A program made the translations under genes and the position numbers. From assembly GCA_019828565.1 (NCBI GenBank), contig JAHDYR010000025.1, forward strand, positions 744,001 to 808,000: 64,000 nt of DNA, written 5' to 3'. The notes under the pieces are model-generated. The model ran no database searches, was not told the DNA's origin, and saw only the letters and a list, made by a program, of their open reading frames with translations. This stretch comes from Carpediemonas membranifera BICM. Its lineage: Eukaryota > Protista > Fornicata. Shown here piece after piece: positions 32,904 through 43,918 of the stretch (positions are counted from its first letter, which is position 1; each line of letters starts with the position of its first letter).

Positions 32904-33303
32904 TTGATCTTTTTTGATGATTTTTGATTGACAAGTGGTAAATTGAATTCACTTTCCCTGGAATGGAATCCAAGAGTCGGCTTTCGGGTCGAGCGGGTCA
33001 CGTGAATGGAATGGCTGGTTTCTCTGTCGATTTCTGAAGAGCAGAGATAGGGTTGGCAGTATCAGTGAACAAATAACAGACGTCATCGCGAAACTTGGTC
33101 AGAACCGATGAGCGCGTCAAATTCGCACCAATTTATCGCCTTCTCACGATCATCATCTATGCCCCTTCCGGATGCCCGCTATCCGCTCCCGGCCAGAGAC
33201 AAGTTGGCGGGGCGAGGTAGGTCGGGGCACGCCACTGTCATCCACCCTGTTATCATCAGCGCTACGAACTGGGACAGCATGAACTGGCTGTAAGGTAAGG
33301 TGG

Positions 33304-33618
33304 CTAACAGTCTCGGCCCCGTCTGGAGCAGCTGAAGCAGCTGGATCGCCCAGCCGGGGAGGAAAGCTCTTCTGACTGCGATGATTTGATCGCATTGATG
33401 GTAGATGCGGATAAAGATCGTGATATTGAGTTCGTAAAAACAAGATCTTCGCTGCTAACAGCGTTCAAGGCCGCGAGATAGACCTTTGTCTTCATTGAGA
33501 GGGTGTTGGGCTTGGAGAAGAGGAACCTAGCAGCGCTATCAGTTTTGCGACTCACAAGTACATCTTTGAGCTCGTCTTTGAGACGTGATAGCGCTTTTCG
33601 CGATCCAATTTTCACCAC
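33304..33618 (-). CDS. Possible small hypothetical protein or exon
   Basis: 104-aa open frame with protein-like composition in an otherwise empty gap; no motif; start uncertain. Confidence 0.3.
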   Translation of the reverse strand: MVKIGSRKALSRLKDELKDVLVSRKTDSAARFLFSKPNTLSMKTKVYLAALNAVSSEDLVFTNSISRSLSASTINAIKSSQSEELSSPAGRSSCFSCSRRGRDC

Positions 33619-33664
33619 GGTCCGCAGTTGTGGTTAGACTGCTCGCGGCCACAGGAGTGCTCCG

Positions 33665-35803
33665 ATGACCAGTAGACGCGATCACATCTGTTTCTCACGG
33701 CTCTACCACCGTGCTACTACCCTCGACTCCTCACATTCGCCTGTCAAAGAGCAGCATCAAGCAGTGCAGATTATGTCGCATCATCGTGTGCTGCGGATGT
33801 CCACCTTCAATCCAATTCGTGCAGTTGAACTGAACCATCCAATCACCTCATTACAACCTTCTAGTGCCGGTCTGCTTGCGATTGTAGGACATTGTGTCCT
33901 ACAACTCGCGTCAGACCTTTCTGTTGTCGATCAGTACGGAAAAGCCTCCACTGGCGTGCACAAAAGGAAGATCACGCATGCAATAGAGCTAGACGACCGC
34001 ATCTTATCATTTGCAGCTGATCGAACCTTTGTTGTTTGGTCCATGATCGATCAAACTGCAACACACGTGTACCACCTTCCTTTCGACGTTACAGACGTAG
34101 TGTCCACGCCAGACCAGTGCAGTGTGTTCATATCTGACAATACCGGGTCGATCCACCACTGTGAGCTGAACACGGGCGTTGTTTCCCTGTTTGCCCGAGC
34201 ACCATTCGTCGCCAAAACACTGACAATATGTGATAAGGCCAAGATGCTGATCGTGAGCCATTCCAACGGCAGTGTGACCTTTTTTGACCTGGTTCAGAGC
34301 ATTCCCATCGCGATGATGCCCACGCGCAAGGCCGCGATCACGGCATCAGCAATCTCGCACAACGCACGGTTCCTGGCCTTCGGGTACAGCGATGGGGCCG
34401 TAGCAGCATACGACATCACCCGAATCACTCTCCCAATGGTCAAACCCGACCTCATGTCCGAGAAACCCAAGTCCGATTACCTCAAGGTCGGGGTCGAGGC
34501 CATCCCACAGGCCCTGCCGATGCCGGAGAACATGTCGTTGCTATGGGTCGAGACTGGCGTGACTTTGGGCAGCGGGCCGGTAGTGGTGCTGGACTTCTCG
34601 CCAGATGACGCGCATATCGCCTCTTCGGCGACTGAGTGTGTTTCTTACATATGGGATGTCAGCCCGACCGAGGGGGCGTGCCCCGCAGTGTTCCAGATCA
34701 ACTCCGTGGACGTGCCGCATCTGATCTTCCTCAACGACGGCTCTCTCATGGTTGCGTCGTCCGCCCAGATTCTGTCGCTCGAGCCCAGCGCCACTGCTCC
34801 TCGAATGACTGCAACTCGCGCCGTACAGCATGCCGACCCGCTCGGGGCGACCTCGGACTGGACGACCGCTGTCGCTCAGGGTCGAATGACCCCGGACGCG
34901 GCCCTCAACTGGGTCTGCGGCGTGGGTGGGGTCGACCCGCATGCTTTGAATTCATCACTCCATAATATTCCGGACGGCCGGAATTCTCTTGTCCGGCTGA
35001 TGGTCAAGATGCAGCGGGACCACGGGGTTGAGCCTGTTACGCTTGTAAGAAGAGCGGCGATGGACGACGGGGCCGTATTCTTGCAGCAGGCTGAGCTCGA
35101 CAGCGCCGCAGCAGTAGCCAATATTCGCCGCTCTAAGGCCATTCAGAACGCACGAATTCGGTTCGTCAATCTGGGCACGAGTAACATCGCCATTGAGCGG
35201 TCCCCTGCCCAGCCGATGCACAAGACCGGGGTGTACCACTCCCCGCCCCGAGTCAGACCTCCTAAAACTGCGTGGTCGACTCCCCACACTGCGCCCGGGG
35301 ACATTGTGTCCGTCAAGCGGCAGACGATACCTTCGCCACATCGGTCGGCCGTGCCTTCGACGCCCATGGGCCGAATGATTCAGACCGGACCCATTTATCG
35401 GAGGACGACAGCTGACCCCCAGCCCATCCGGCAGACTGGGGGTTTGGCCCGGCAGAGGGCCAACCTTCCTGTGCTCGGCAAAACTGCACTAAAGTTCGAC
35501 TCTGGGCCGAGTCGGAACCGTCTGGCTAAGCAAGCGGCAGCTGATGCGGCCAGCAACACGGCCCATCTCTGGCGGCTTCCAGGAGTGACCATGGGTCACC
35601 CCGGCATGAGCGCCGGCCCCTCCATTCCCTCTCCCAAGACTACGAGAGCCCAAGCTGCAGGGCCTAGGCTCGGTTTATTCTCTACGAGGATGGCGTTAGG
35701 TGTGAGGAAGGGCCTTTCGCTGGGGCAGTTCGTGAGGTCAGGCCAGGGTGTGTCTGGCGGGCCATTGTTCGAGCTCAACATCGTGAAGCTCAATGTGAAG
35801 TGA
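33665..35803 (+). CDS. WD40-repeat protein with basic low-complexity C-terminus
   Basis: SFAADRTFVVWS, HSNGSVTFFDL, LAFGYSDGAVAAYDI and LDFSPDDAHIASS...YIWDV. Confidence 0.8.
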   Translation: MTSRRDHICFSRLYHRATTLDSSHSPVKEQHQAVQIMSHHRVLRMSTFNPIRAVELNHPITSLQPSSAGLLAIVGHCVLQLASDLSVVDQYGKASTGVHKRKITHAIELDDRILSFAADRTFVVWSMIDQTATHVYHLPFDVTDVVSTPDQCSVFISDNTGSIHHCELNTGVVSLFARAPFVAKTLTICDKAKMLIVSHSNGSVTFFDLVQSIPIAMMPTRKAAITASAISHNARFLAFGYSDGAVAAYDITRITLPMVKPDLMSEKPKSDYLKVGVEAIPQALPMPENMSLLWVETGVTLGSGPVVVLDFSPDDAHIASSATECVSYIWDVSPTEGACPAVFQINSVDVPHLIFLNDGSLMVASSAQILSLEPSATAPRMTATRAVQHADPLGATSDWTTAVAQGRMTPDAALNWVCGVGGVDPHALNSSLHNIPDGRNSLVRLMVKMQRDHGVEPVTLVRRAAMDDGAVFLQQAELDSAAAVANIRRSKAIQNARIRFVNLGTSNIAIERSPAQPMHKTGVYHSPPRVRPPKTAWSTPHTAPGDIVSVKRQTIPSPHRSAVPSTPMGRMIQTGPIYRRTTADPQPIRQTGGLARQRANLPVLGKTALKFDSGPSRNRLAKQAAADAASNTAHLWRLPGVTMGHPGMSAGPSIPSPKTTRAQAAGPRLGLFSTRMALGVRKGLSLGQFVRSGQGVSGGPLFELNIVKLNVK

Positions 35804-36575
35804 GGTGGGAGTCAGCTTGGGTAATAATCGCGTCTTATTATTTGTCTTCCCTTAAATTTTATCGATTGGATAGTTTATGCTGAACCTGTGGCTTGTCTAT
35901 GGCGGTAGTGCCCCGATAAATGATATTGATGTTCCTATGTCACGACCTGGTATTGTTCACTGGGATATTGGCCTGCTGGCGGCATGTCACCCTGGCATCG
36001 GGTTGCGAGTTACTTCACGCGACATGACATTCACTCGAGTTCTTTCGGGTATTGGGACTTCGCCATCGGCAGCCTGATGCCCTTTTCTTGTGTGATCAGT
36101 CACTGGTATTGAAACCGACCCAAGATTTATAACGGTCAGACTGTGGTTGTCAATTGGGATGGTTATTTGGCTTGGCCATGGCGGGGCGACTGGGCCAACC
36201 CGGACCAGTCGAGATCGTCAGAGGACGAGCTCCCACCACCACTGATCGCCCAGAAGCAGTGCGACCTGATACCCGAGAGGCCCCTCGGGATGCTGGCCAG
36301 GGGCGAGCTTGATTATTTACTGGAGGGGGAGAGGGGATAAAGTTTTCTGCTCTTTCGGTTCATACGGTGTGCGGCGTGCAGTGGGGGCGACAGCATCGAC
36401 CCGGTCGACCCTTGTTGAACCTCGTGAGAGGATGAAATGATCCACACTGTGCATGGCAATGTACGGTCTCGCGCTTGCTCCCAGTTGCCCTAGTGGCAGG
36501 GGGGTGTACATAAACTACTACTGGGGGAAGGAACTGGGCCGAGTCCCGTTGGCAGGATAAGGCAAGTGGCGAGCC

Positions 36576-37361
36576 ATGGGCATCACTTGGGACGAGAAGA
36601 GGCAGCGCTCGAAGGAGAAGCATACGGCTATTGTGAAGAAGCGCAAGGAGGAGCGTCTGGCTCTTTTAAAGCAGACAATGACTGACGAGGAAAGAGAACA
36701 ACACCGCCTCGATGTGGCAGCTCAGAGGCACGAGCGGATCGAGAAAGAAAAGGCCGAGAAGGCTGAACGCAGGGAAATGGCACGCACAGGTATTCCCATT
36801 ATCGTTGATCTCGGTTTTGACGACCTGATGAAAGATGGCGCGAGGAAGTCCCTCGCCTCTCAGTGCCGGATGGCGTACGGGGCCGTCATGAAGATGAGCA
36901 AGCCCATGCACCTCTCGTTTGTCGGTGCCCCGGGTTCCGACACGCTCACCCGTGTCCGGGAGACCCCTGGTAATGACCAATGGGTGGCGACGTTCCACGA
37001 GGGCTCGCTGACAGATACCGACGAGAATGGGAAGCAGCTGTGGGCGAAGGAGCGTCTAGTCTACCTCTCTGCCGACGCCGAGGAGACTGTTGGCGAGATC
37101 GGGAACGATATTCTAATTGTTGGTGGACTCGTGGACAAGAACCAAGCGAAGGGTGTATGTCACAGGAAAGCGAGGGAGCTCGGCATAAGGACCGTGGCGC
37201 TTCCTGACAAGCTGCTCAGACAGTACCAGTTCAAGATCCTCACCACCAACCAGGTTGTCGAGATTGTTGCCAAGTTCCGTGATGCCGGAGATACTGGCTC
37301 TACTGAGCAACGGTGGAGTGACGCCATCGGGGCCGTGTTGCCCAGGCGGAGGTCGGGGTGA
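36576..37361 (+). CDS. TRM10: tRNA m1G9 methyltransferase
   Basis: IIVDLGFDDLM, LVYLSADAEE, IVGGLVDKN..KGVC, ILTTNQVVEI and W..AI..VLPRR. Confidence 0.93.
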   Translation: MGITWDEKRQRSKEKHTAIVKKRKEERLALLKQTMTDEEREQHRLDVAAQRHERIEKEKAEKAERREMARTGIPIIVDLGFDDLMKDGARKSLASQCRMAYGAVMKMSKPMHLSFVGAPGSDTLTRVRETPGNDQWVATFHEGSLTDTDENGKQLWAKERLVYLSADAEETVGEIGNDILIVGGLVDKNQAKGVCHRKARELGIRTVALPDKLLRQYQFKILTTNQVVEIVAKFRDAGDTGSTEQRWSDAIGAVLPRRRSG

Positions 37362-38078
37362 CGTGGCCCTACGACGGCTGGGATCGTTTCGTCGCTAGGG
37401 CAGACACAGCACGTAAAGCACGCCGGGAGAGTTCATGTGTAAGCTTGCTGTTGATAAAGGGGGTGGAGAGCGCGTATGTCATTCGCAGGACAAGAGTCGG
37501 AACGCCGGAGGAGATGACTTTTGTACACTCGCGAGGACGTTGAAAAAGCGACAATCGACGCCAGAAATGACGTAAAATGGGTGCATTACAGCTGTGCTCT
37601 GCTCATTGCTCGGGCTATGAGCGAAGTGACACGAACTAGGACATCTCTGCAGAAGGCAGGGTAGCAACATTCATCTGATGCGAATCGCCACTTTTCACAT
37701 GGTTCTATCACTTCAAGAGCTTGTAACACGCGAGCTGGTGTGATTCTGTCCCGTTCTTGTTCGAGACTTGTTGTCAAGCATTGGTCGTATCTCCCGAAGA
37801 CACCCTGAGCGCACAACAGCGAGCCAGAGACATCGCGTGAGGCCAGTCAGGCATCATTCGGCTTTTGAAGGCTTTTTGAAGGTCGGCCGAAATTTCTTTC
37901 ATGTCGGATCTAGGTATTTCGAGTGACGAAGAATAGCAGCCCCGCAGCAGAGAGCACTACTCATCCCGTGTAGCACATCCATGCTCCTGCATTTTCCCTC
38001 TTCTGCTTCCTATTGATTTTAGCCATTTTTGCCAAGAAAACGGTTCAACTTCAAAGCCTTTCGGTTTGAGCACAGAAC

Positions 38079-38471
38079 ATGGAGCGTTCCTACCACGTCG
38101 CTGGAAAGGCCCGTAATGTTGGCATGGGCATCAAGGCCCCTACCACTTCCGAGGAGTACTTCGATAAGAAGTGCCCTTTCCGTGGTGATGTTGCTATCCG
38201 TGGCCGCATCCTCCGTGGTGTCGTCGTTTCCGCCAAGATGCAGCGCACTATCATCGTCCGCCGTGACTACCTTCACTTCGTCCAGAAGTACAAGCGTTAC
38301 GAGCGCCGCCACAAGCACATCGCTGTTCACCTCTCTCCCGCCTTCAAGGTCAACCCCGGTGACACTGTTACCATCGGTGAGTGCCGCCCCCTCTCCAAGA
38401 CTGTGCGCTTCAACGTTATCGCCCACGAGCCCTCCACTGCCGTCCAGAAGAAGGGTTTCGCCAAGCTTTAA
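38079..38471 (+). CDS. RPS11: 40S ribosomal protein S11 (uS17)
   Basis: [31 protein letters not shown] and [14 protein letters not shown]; strongly biased codon use. Confidence 0.97.
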   Translation: MERSYHVAGKARNVGMGIKAPTTSEEYFDKKCPFRGDVAIRGRILRGVVVSAKMQRTIIVRRDYLHFVQKYKRYERRHKHIAVHLSPAFKVNPGDTVTIGECRPLSKTVRFNVIAHEPSTAVQKKGFAKL

Positions 38472-38749
38472 GTAATTCTTGGTTTCGGACATTCACGAAG
38501 TAAACAGTGAGCATAGGAATGAGTCGTTTTGAGATTTGTATGGGCTTAGTTCTCTCCTTTGTGAGTTTGGTCCGGACTGACCTGAGCATCACACATACCA
38601 TGGCCGACGGGCGAAAGGAGAAAATTTTGCCAAACCCCAGCAGCACAGGTTAGGTAGGTAGACCTACTACATGCATGCTCTCGAGTGCTCAAGCATCTAA
38701 AGTGAGGTTGAGTTGGATCGACTTGTCAGAAGAATCGATCACCTTGAAC

Positions 38750-39419
38750 ATGGTTGTGCTAGTGCTTGTGGTGCGTTTGAGAGATAAGATGGCTCTTACG
38801 GGCTCAATTGAGAATGGTAGCGAACTTGCAGAGCAGAAGAGCCGCGCGAAGTCCATCTCTCGAAGCATTACCGAAGAATCACCGAATAGACTGTCTGTGG
38901 ACGACGAGGAGTATATGTATCAGTTTGTTAGTCTCTTTACTCTCACCTAGCTACATCGTAGACACCGGAGTGATCTACATTGCCGCCGCCGAAAAGGGCT
39001 ATCCCTCCCGTCTGGCGTTTGCCTTCCTCGACAGCCTCAAGGAACGCTTCTACGCATCCCACGGCCACCAGATCGACGATGCGTCCAGGCCATATGAGTA
39101 TATCCGCTTTGCCCAAGACATCACGAAGATGTTGAAGGAATACAGAGACCCAAGGTCTCAGCGCAACCTTGACCTCATCGAGGGAGAGCTCAAGGAGGTC
39201 CGTAGGGTCATGGTGAAGAACGTCCAGGACATCATTGACCGCGAGGAACAGCTAGCCAATATTTCCGACATGTCTTCACAACTCAAGAGCGACGCCGCAG
39301 TCTACGCCGACAAGGCAAAGCAGCTCGCCACCCAGACTGCTTGGAGGCAGTACGCGCCCTTCATCGCTGTGGCGCTCGTGGTTCTGTTCCTCCTCATCCT
39401 CCGCTGGTTCCTTAGATAA
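38750..39419 (+). CDS. SEC22: Longin R-SNARE Sec22, one intron (38923-38950)
   Basis: Splicing joins ..EEYMYH-YIVDTGVIYIAAAEKGYPSRLAFAFL; RPYEYIRF; SNARE motif NVQDIIDREEQL; C-terminal TM. Confidence 0.9.
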
Positions 39420-39524
39420 ACCCAACCTTGCACTGCCGGCCGGTTGTTGCAGATTAAGGACAACCAAAAACAGATCTCGCTTGCATTTTATGACGACAGA
39501 CATACTATAAGAACAACAGCGCCC

Positions 39525-41351
39525 TCAGCGGGCTTCCCACTCGTTCAAGGCGCCCATCATCAGGAGCAGCGCCAGGTCACGGGAGAAGTTCTTCTCGCCG
39601 AGAACAGTCACATCAGATGATGAGATCGCTGCAATCTCCGCGCCTATGGAGTCAATAATCAAAATCTCATCCTCCATCTTGCTGATCATCCGATATACGA
39701 CAAAATCTCCAGATAGAATAGTCTTATTGACGGAATTGAATCTGACATAATTGGGAATACCGGCATATGAGATCGAGTAACACCCGTCGGCATCCCGCTT
39801 CAACTTGACTTGCGCCAGAGTCGCAAAAGTCGCGCCGTCCTCGAGAGAAATCGTATCTCGATTCATTCTGAAGAGCGCGACTCCCCTGTTAGACGGTTGG
39901 GCTGTGACAAGCCCAGATGTCCGGTTCGCGGAGAACTGAGTGGCTTGGCTCTGGTAGAGCAGGGGCAGCTTCTCCGCAAGGGCAGGTAGGACTTCGGGCA
40001 GGGCGTCGGCTGACTGGAGGGTGACTTCAATCTCGACTGTGACTGTGCCGACTACTGAATCAGATGCGGATACCAGCTCGACCGTCTCAATGGCACTGAC
40101 ACCATTTTCATTCTCCGGCAGCTTGAGTGAAGCCACGAGCTCGCCGAGCTGGACCACACCCTTGCCAGTAGGCGCATTGGTCGGTTCCCCCTGGGGTTCA
40201 GGCATGACATCGGACAGAATCACTGAAAGTGTCACCTCGTGATACCTAGTAGCGTCAAAGTGAACCACGTTTGAAGTCAACGCCGACCTAGCCACCGCCA
40301 GCTGGAAGGGGTGCAGGGGCGACCCGAGCCCGACTGAGAGCTGCGAGGTTGACTCGAGGTTGGAGAGGGTCGAGTCGATCATCTTGACCGTCACGCGATA
40401 CAACGGCTCGAACTGGCGGTCAATGGTCTGTGAGTCCATTAATTTCCTTAGGTCCATCTGCACAGAGGGTATTCTGAGCGCAACCGCGGCAGCCTGGCCA
40501 TTAGGGAATGTGACCGTGGCAGACTTGCCACGCCACTTCAGCCCGACACTCTGGGTGGACCTGTTGGTCACTGTGACGTCTTCTACGGGCACACTGACGT
40601 CTAGCAGGTCGGCTCCGTGCTCATCAGCAGTGGCGACACCGTAGAGCATAACACGTCGATTTGTGATAATGATTCTTCGGAGATGCTTCTTAAACGCAGA
40701 TGTGGCCATGATCACCACGCTGTGGGTGACCACACTCTCGCCCGCACACAGCAAGCCCGTCATCGCGTCCTTGGCGCCCGAGTCACCCCACTGCCAGTCG
40801 CCCAGCACCGTGACGTTCTTAGGCCGGTCTGACTTGAGCACTGCCTTCTTCAGTCTGATCTTCGCGTCGTGTGGTATCTTTGACTTCTTCCCACCGTGGG
40901 AAAGAACGACGCGAATGGCGTCCGGGGCTGGCCTGATCGGCTGGAAGGGCTGGTCGCGCGACTCGAGGAAGTCCAGCGTGCCTTCGTAGCAGGAGTTGAG
41001 GTTAGTAGACGCCTGGAGCTCGTTTTCGCTCAGTTTCGGCCCGCACACGGCGCGGATCGACTGGGCTTGCCGTAAGGAGTGGAGGACGGAAAACAGGTTG
41101 TGTGCGAGCGTCATACAGAGAAAGTTAGCATCTGCGGGGCCGTCATAGTCTCCATGCACCAGCGGAGTGATTACTTCGTCGGAAATTACCTTCAGATGCT
41201 CAACAATTGCGGCATACTGGGCTAAATTCAGACCTGCGAGCAGATCGTAGCCCCGTTTAAACGATGTAGGTATATTGGCGGGGAAATCTGTCGATTCACC
41301 CATCACCTGTCGCTTGGTGGCTGCGGTGCCGTTTCGGAGCATATTCTGCAC
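39525..41351 (-). CDS. Hypothetical protein with possible PH- and C2-like beta domains; 5' exon(s) unresolved
   Basis: 608-aa open frame; a TTATGTAG acceptor-like site lies just upstream. Confidence 0.6.
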   Translation of the reverse strand: MQNMLRNGTAATKRQVMGESTDFPANIPTSFKRGYDLLAGLNLAQYAAIVEHLKVISDEVITPLVHGDYDGPADANFLCMTLAHNLFSVLHSLRQAQSIRAVCGPKLSENELQASTNLNSCYEGTLDFLESRDQPFQPIRPAPDAIRVVLSHGGKKSKIPHDAKIRLKKAVLKSDRPKNVTVLGDWQWGDSGAKDAMTGLLCAGESVVTHSVVIMATSAFKKHLRRIIITNRRVMLYGVATADEHGADLLDVSVPVEDVTVTNRSTQSVGLKWRGKSATVTFPNGQAAAVALRIPSVQMDLRKLMDSQTIDRQFEPLYRVTVKMIDSTLSNLESTSQLSVGLGSPLHPFQLAVARSALTSNVVHFDATRYHEVTLSVILSDVMPEPQGEPTNAPTGKGVVQLGELVASLKLPENENGVSAIETVELVSASDSVVGTVTVEIEVTLQSADALPEVLPALAEKLPLLYQSQATQFSANRTSGLVTAQPSNRGVALFRMNRDTISLEDGATFATLAQVKLKRDADGCYSISYAGIPNYVRFNSVNKTILSGDFVVYRMISKMEDEILIIDSIGAEIAAISSSDVTVLGEKNFSRDLALLLMMGALNEWEAR

Positions 41352-41774
41352 TTCGCCTCCATCTCTACATAATCAGAAATCCAAGACCTCCAGCCCGTCT
41401 TCCCAACTATAACCCCAATACACCAATTACGGCTAACCAGCCGCTAGTCTTCGCCTCCGGGCAAGCTAATTGAAGTGGAGAGACGCAGTGCTTGCACTGT
41501 GCACTCAATGATACTTCACTAGATCTCAACATAAATGGGAAACAGGTGTATCGTGTGCATGCACGAGAAAGGCTGATACTTACTGCGATGAAACCATCTT
41601 TTCCGCTATTTCCATCATCAAGGGTCGACTCAAGTGACACTCCCAGGCCGGAAACGGGAAATGTTGCTGGTAACAGTCCCTCCCTGCTGAACTCAGGGAC
41701 GAGAAACGTGTTAGTCGCCCAACCCTCCGATGTCGACTGCTGTCGAGTCGCGGAGTCGGTCTGAACGGCGGCGG

Positions 41775-43866
41775 ATGCAGAATGCAGCAGATGAGACGAT
41801 TCCGCGCGTTGTACTTCCGCGAACAAGCTTGAAAAGCATCATAAGTATGGCTTCGATGGTATATTTACGCAGGAAGCATCTCCATCCCAGCACATCTCCA
41901 AACAGCCCTAGAATCCAACGGATTTGAGGACGTAGAGAGCATTCTCTGTGCCAGCACCGATAAGCTCCGCTATTCCCTCAAATGCACACGCACAGAGGCA
42001 GATACTCTGAAGACGGAGGTCTCCCGCGGCCTCCTCATGACCCACGAGTCCTTTGTCCGCGACTCCACCGCCCTCACGGCACTGGGCAGCCAGCCCGCGG
42101 TCATAAACCTCGGGGACAGCAAGATAGACAGTCTGATTGGCGGGCTGACGTGCGGCACGATCACGGAGCTGTGCGGGGAGGCGGGGACGGGCAAGTGTCT
42201 CGCCAGAGGGACGCCCGTGCTCATGGCTGACGGCATGTTCAAGCTAGTGGAGGCTATAGTGCCTGGGGACAGGCTGATGGGGTACGATGGCCATGTCGAG
42301 AGGGTGTTGTCTGCGGGGACCGGGCGGGAGGCCATGCTTAGGGTCTCTGGTGAAGAAGGAGTGGGATTTACGTGTAACATGTCGCATATATTAACCATAT
42401 CAGTGCATGGGCTGAGTCCGAGGGTCGAGTACTGCTCTAGTGCCGACTGGGCGATGACGGTTGTCCGACTCGGCAAGAACTCCTCAGGCGAGGTCACCAG
42501 TGCTACTGTTGAGACTACCCACTACAGCGCCGAGCAGGAGGCCTCGGCAGCAGCCGTGGACGCATCCCTGTCACCTGCCATTCTCACCGACGGCGCCCTC
42601 CTCGACATCCCAGCCCGTGTCCTGCTGGACGGTAGCAGGGTCGACCCCAGGGTGAGAGAAGCAGCGTGCATGGTCCACAGCGGCCTGATCTGGGCGTTCG
42701 AGGGCGACTGGGGCAGGGAGGCCCCGGCCATGTTTGCCGACGCACCCGCCAGACAGAAGTACCTCGAGACTGTGCTCAAGTCCCACGCGACTGTAGCCGA
42801 GTCATCTTTCGTGCTGAATGCCGCGGACCACGACACTCTGCTGAACATTCACACCATAGCGTTCATCGCCAGGTCTCTAGGACTGAAGGCTGTGTGTGAT
42901 GATGGTGGTACACTGTGCCGAATCTATGGACCAGATTCATCGCTTCCAGATCTCCAAAAACTATCATATCCAACTCAATCTCAAGATATGATCCGGACAA
43001 AAATCATATCTCTCGAGATCCTGCCCGAGGATGATTACTTCGGATTCACCATGACCGGCGCGACCAAGCGGTTTATTGTCACAGAATCCATGCTAGTTAC
43101 TCACAACACACAGTTCTGCATCCGGGCCGTCTCAGCCGCAACAGCCCAAGGCTACGGCGCCCTCATCCTGAACACCGAGGGCGGTCTGTGGCCTATTGAG
43201 CGGGTTCGACACGTGTCGACCCGGCAGCCGACGTATCATGAGCGGATGACGGGCCAGGCGCCCAGTACCCGGCCGGACGAGACCGACCCGCTCGACAGCG
43301 TCCTCATGCGGAACATAGCGAACGCCGAGGCTCTTGCCGCTACTGTGCTCGATATATTACCCACGGTGCTTCAAAAGCACAACATCCGACTCCTCGTGAT
43401 CGACTCGCTCGCTGCGGTCATCCCCTCATCGGGTGACCCGGCAACCCGAGCACAATGCCTCGCAGGGATAGGCGCCGCTCTCAAGCAGGCCGCACACGTG
43501 TTTCACGTCGCTGTTGTTGTCACCAACCACGCCCGAGACTACTTTGCCGACGAGGCCATCACCCCCGCCATCATCATGGGCCTGCCCGACTACTACGGCC
43601 AGCTCGCCGCGGCCAAGGACAAGCGGGACTCGGGGTATCGCCTCGTCACCCCGGCACTCGGCCCAGTTTGGTCTCATATGGTCAACGCGAGACTTATGTT
43701 GACTCGCACCCCGACCGGCGCCGGACTCAACCGGGAGTTACACGTGATACACTCTGACCGGGTGCCTGTGGGGTCGGTGGCAGTGACGGTCGACGAGAGC
43801 GGGTTTAAGAGCAAGGTGGAGGAGAGGGCTGTGGCGCCCGGGGCGAGCAGCCAGTGGATTTATTAG
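41775..43866 (+). CDS. Rad51 paralogue (XRCC3/Rad57-like) containing an intein; one intron (41845-41872)
   Basis: Splicing restores a Rad51-like N-terminal domain (ALESNGFEDVESILCASTDKL). Extein motifs: GGLTCGTITELCGEAGTGK|TQFC, ILNTEG, Walker B IRLLVIDSLAA, AVVVTNH and PALGPVWSHMVNARL. Start could be 41730. Confidence 0.9.
42196..43107 (+). mobile_element. Intein (304 aa, VMA/Hint type) with degenerate LAGLIDADG remnant
   Basis: Block A CLARGTPVLMADG, block B FTCNMSHIL, block F EDDYFGFTM, block G LVTHN followed by +1 Thr. Removal restores GTGK-TQ exactly. Confidence 0.96.
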
Positions 43867-43918
43867 GACGTTAATAAACGATAATAGCTTATAAACAGCG
43901 GGGCGAGTTGAGTCGACG

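Noticed and set aside
42196-43107. The Rad51-paralogue insert as a spliceosomal or self-splicing intron, or a hedgehog-type Hint domain
   Set aside because: It is in frame, lacks GT-AG ends and is far longer than local introns. It has both N-terminal Cys and C-terminal His-Asn/Thr with extein on both sides, as expected for a true intein.
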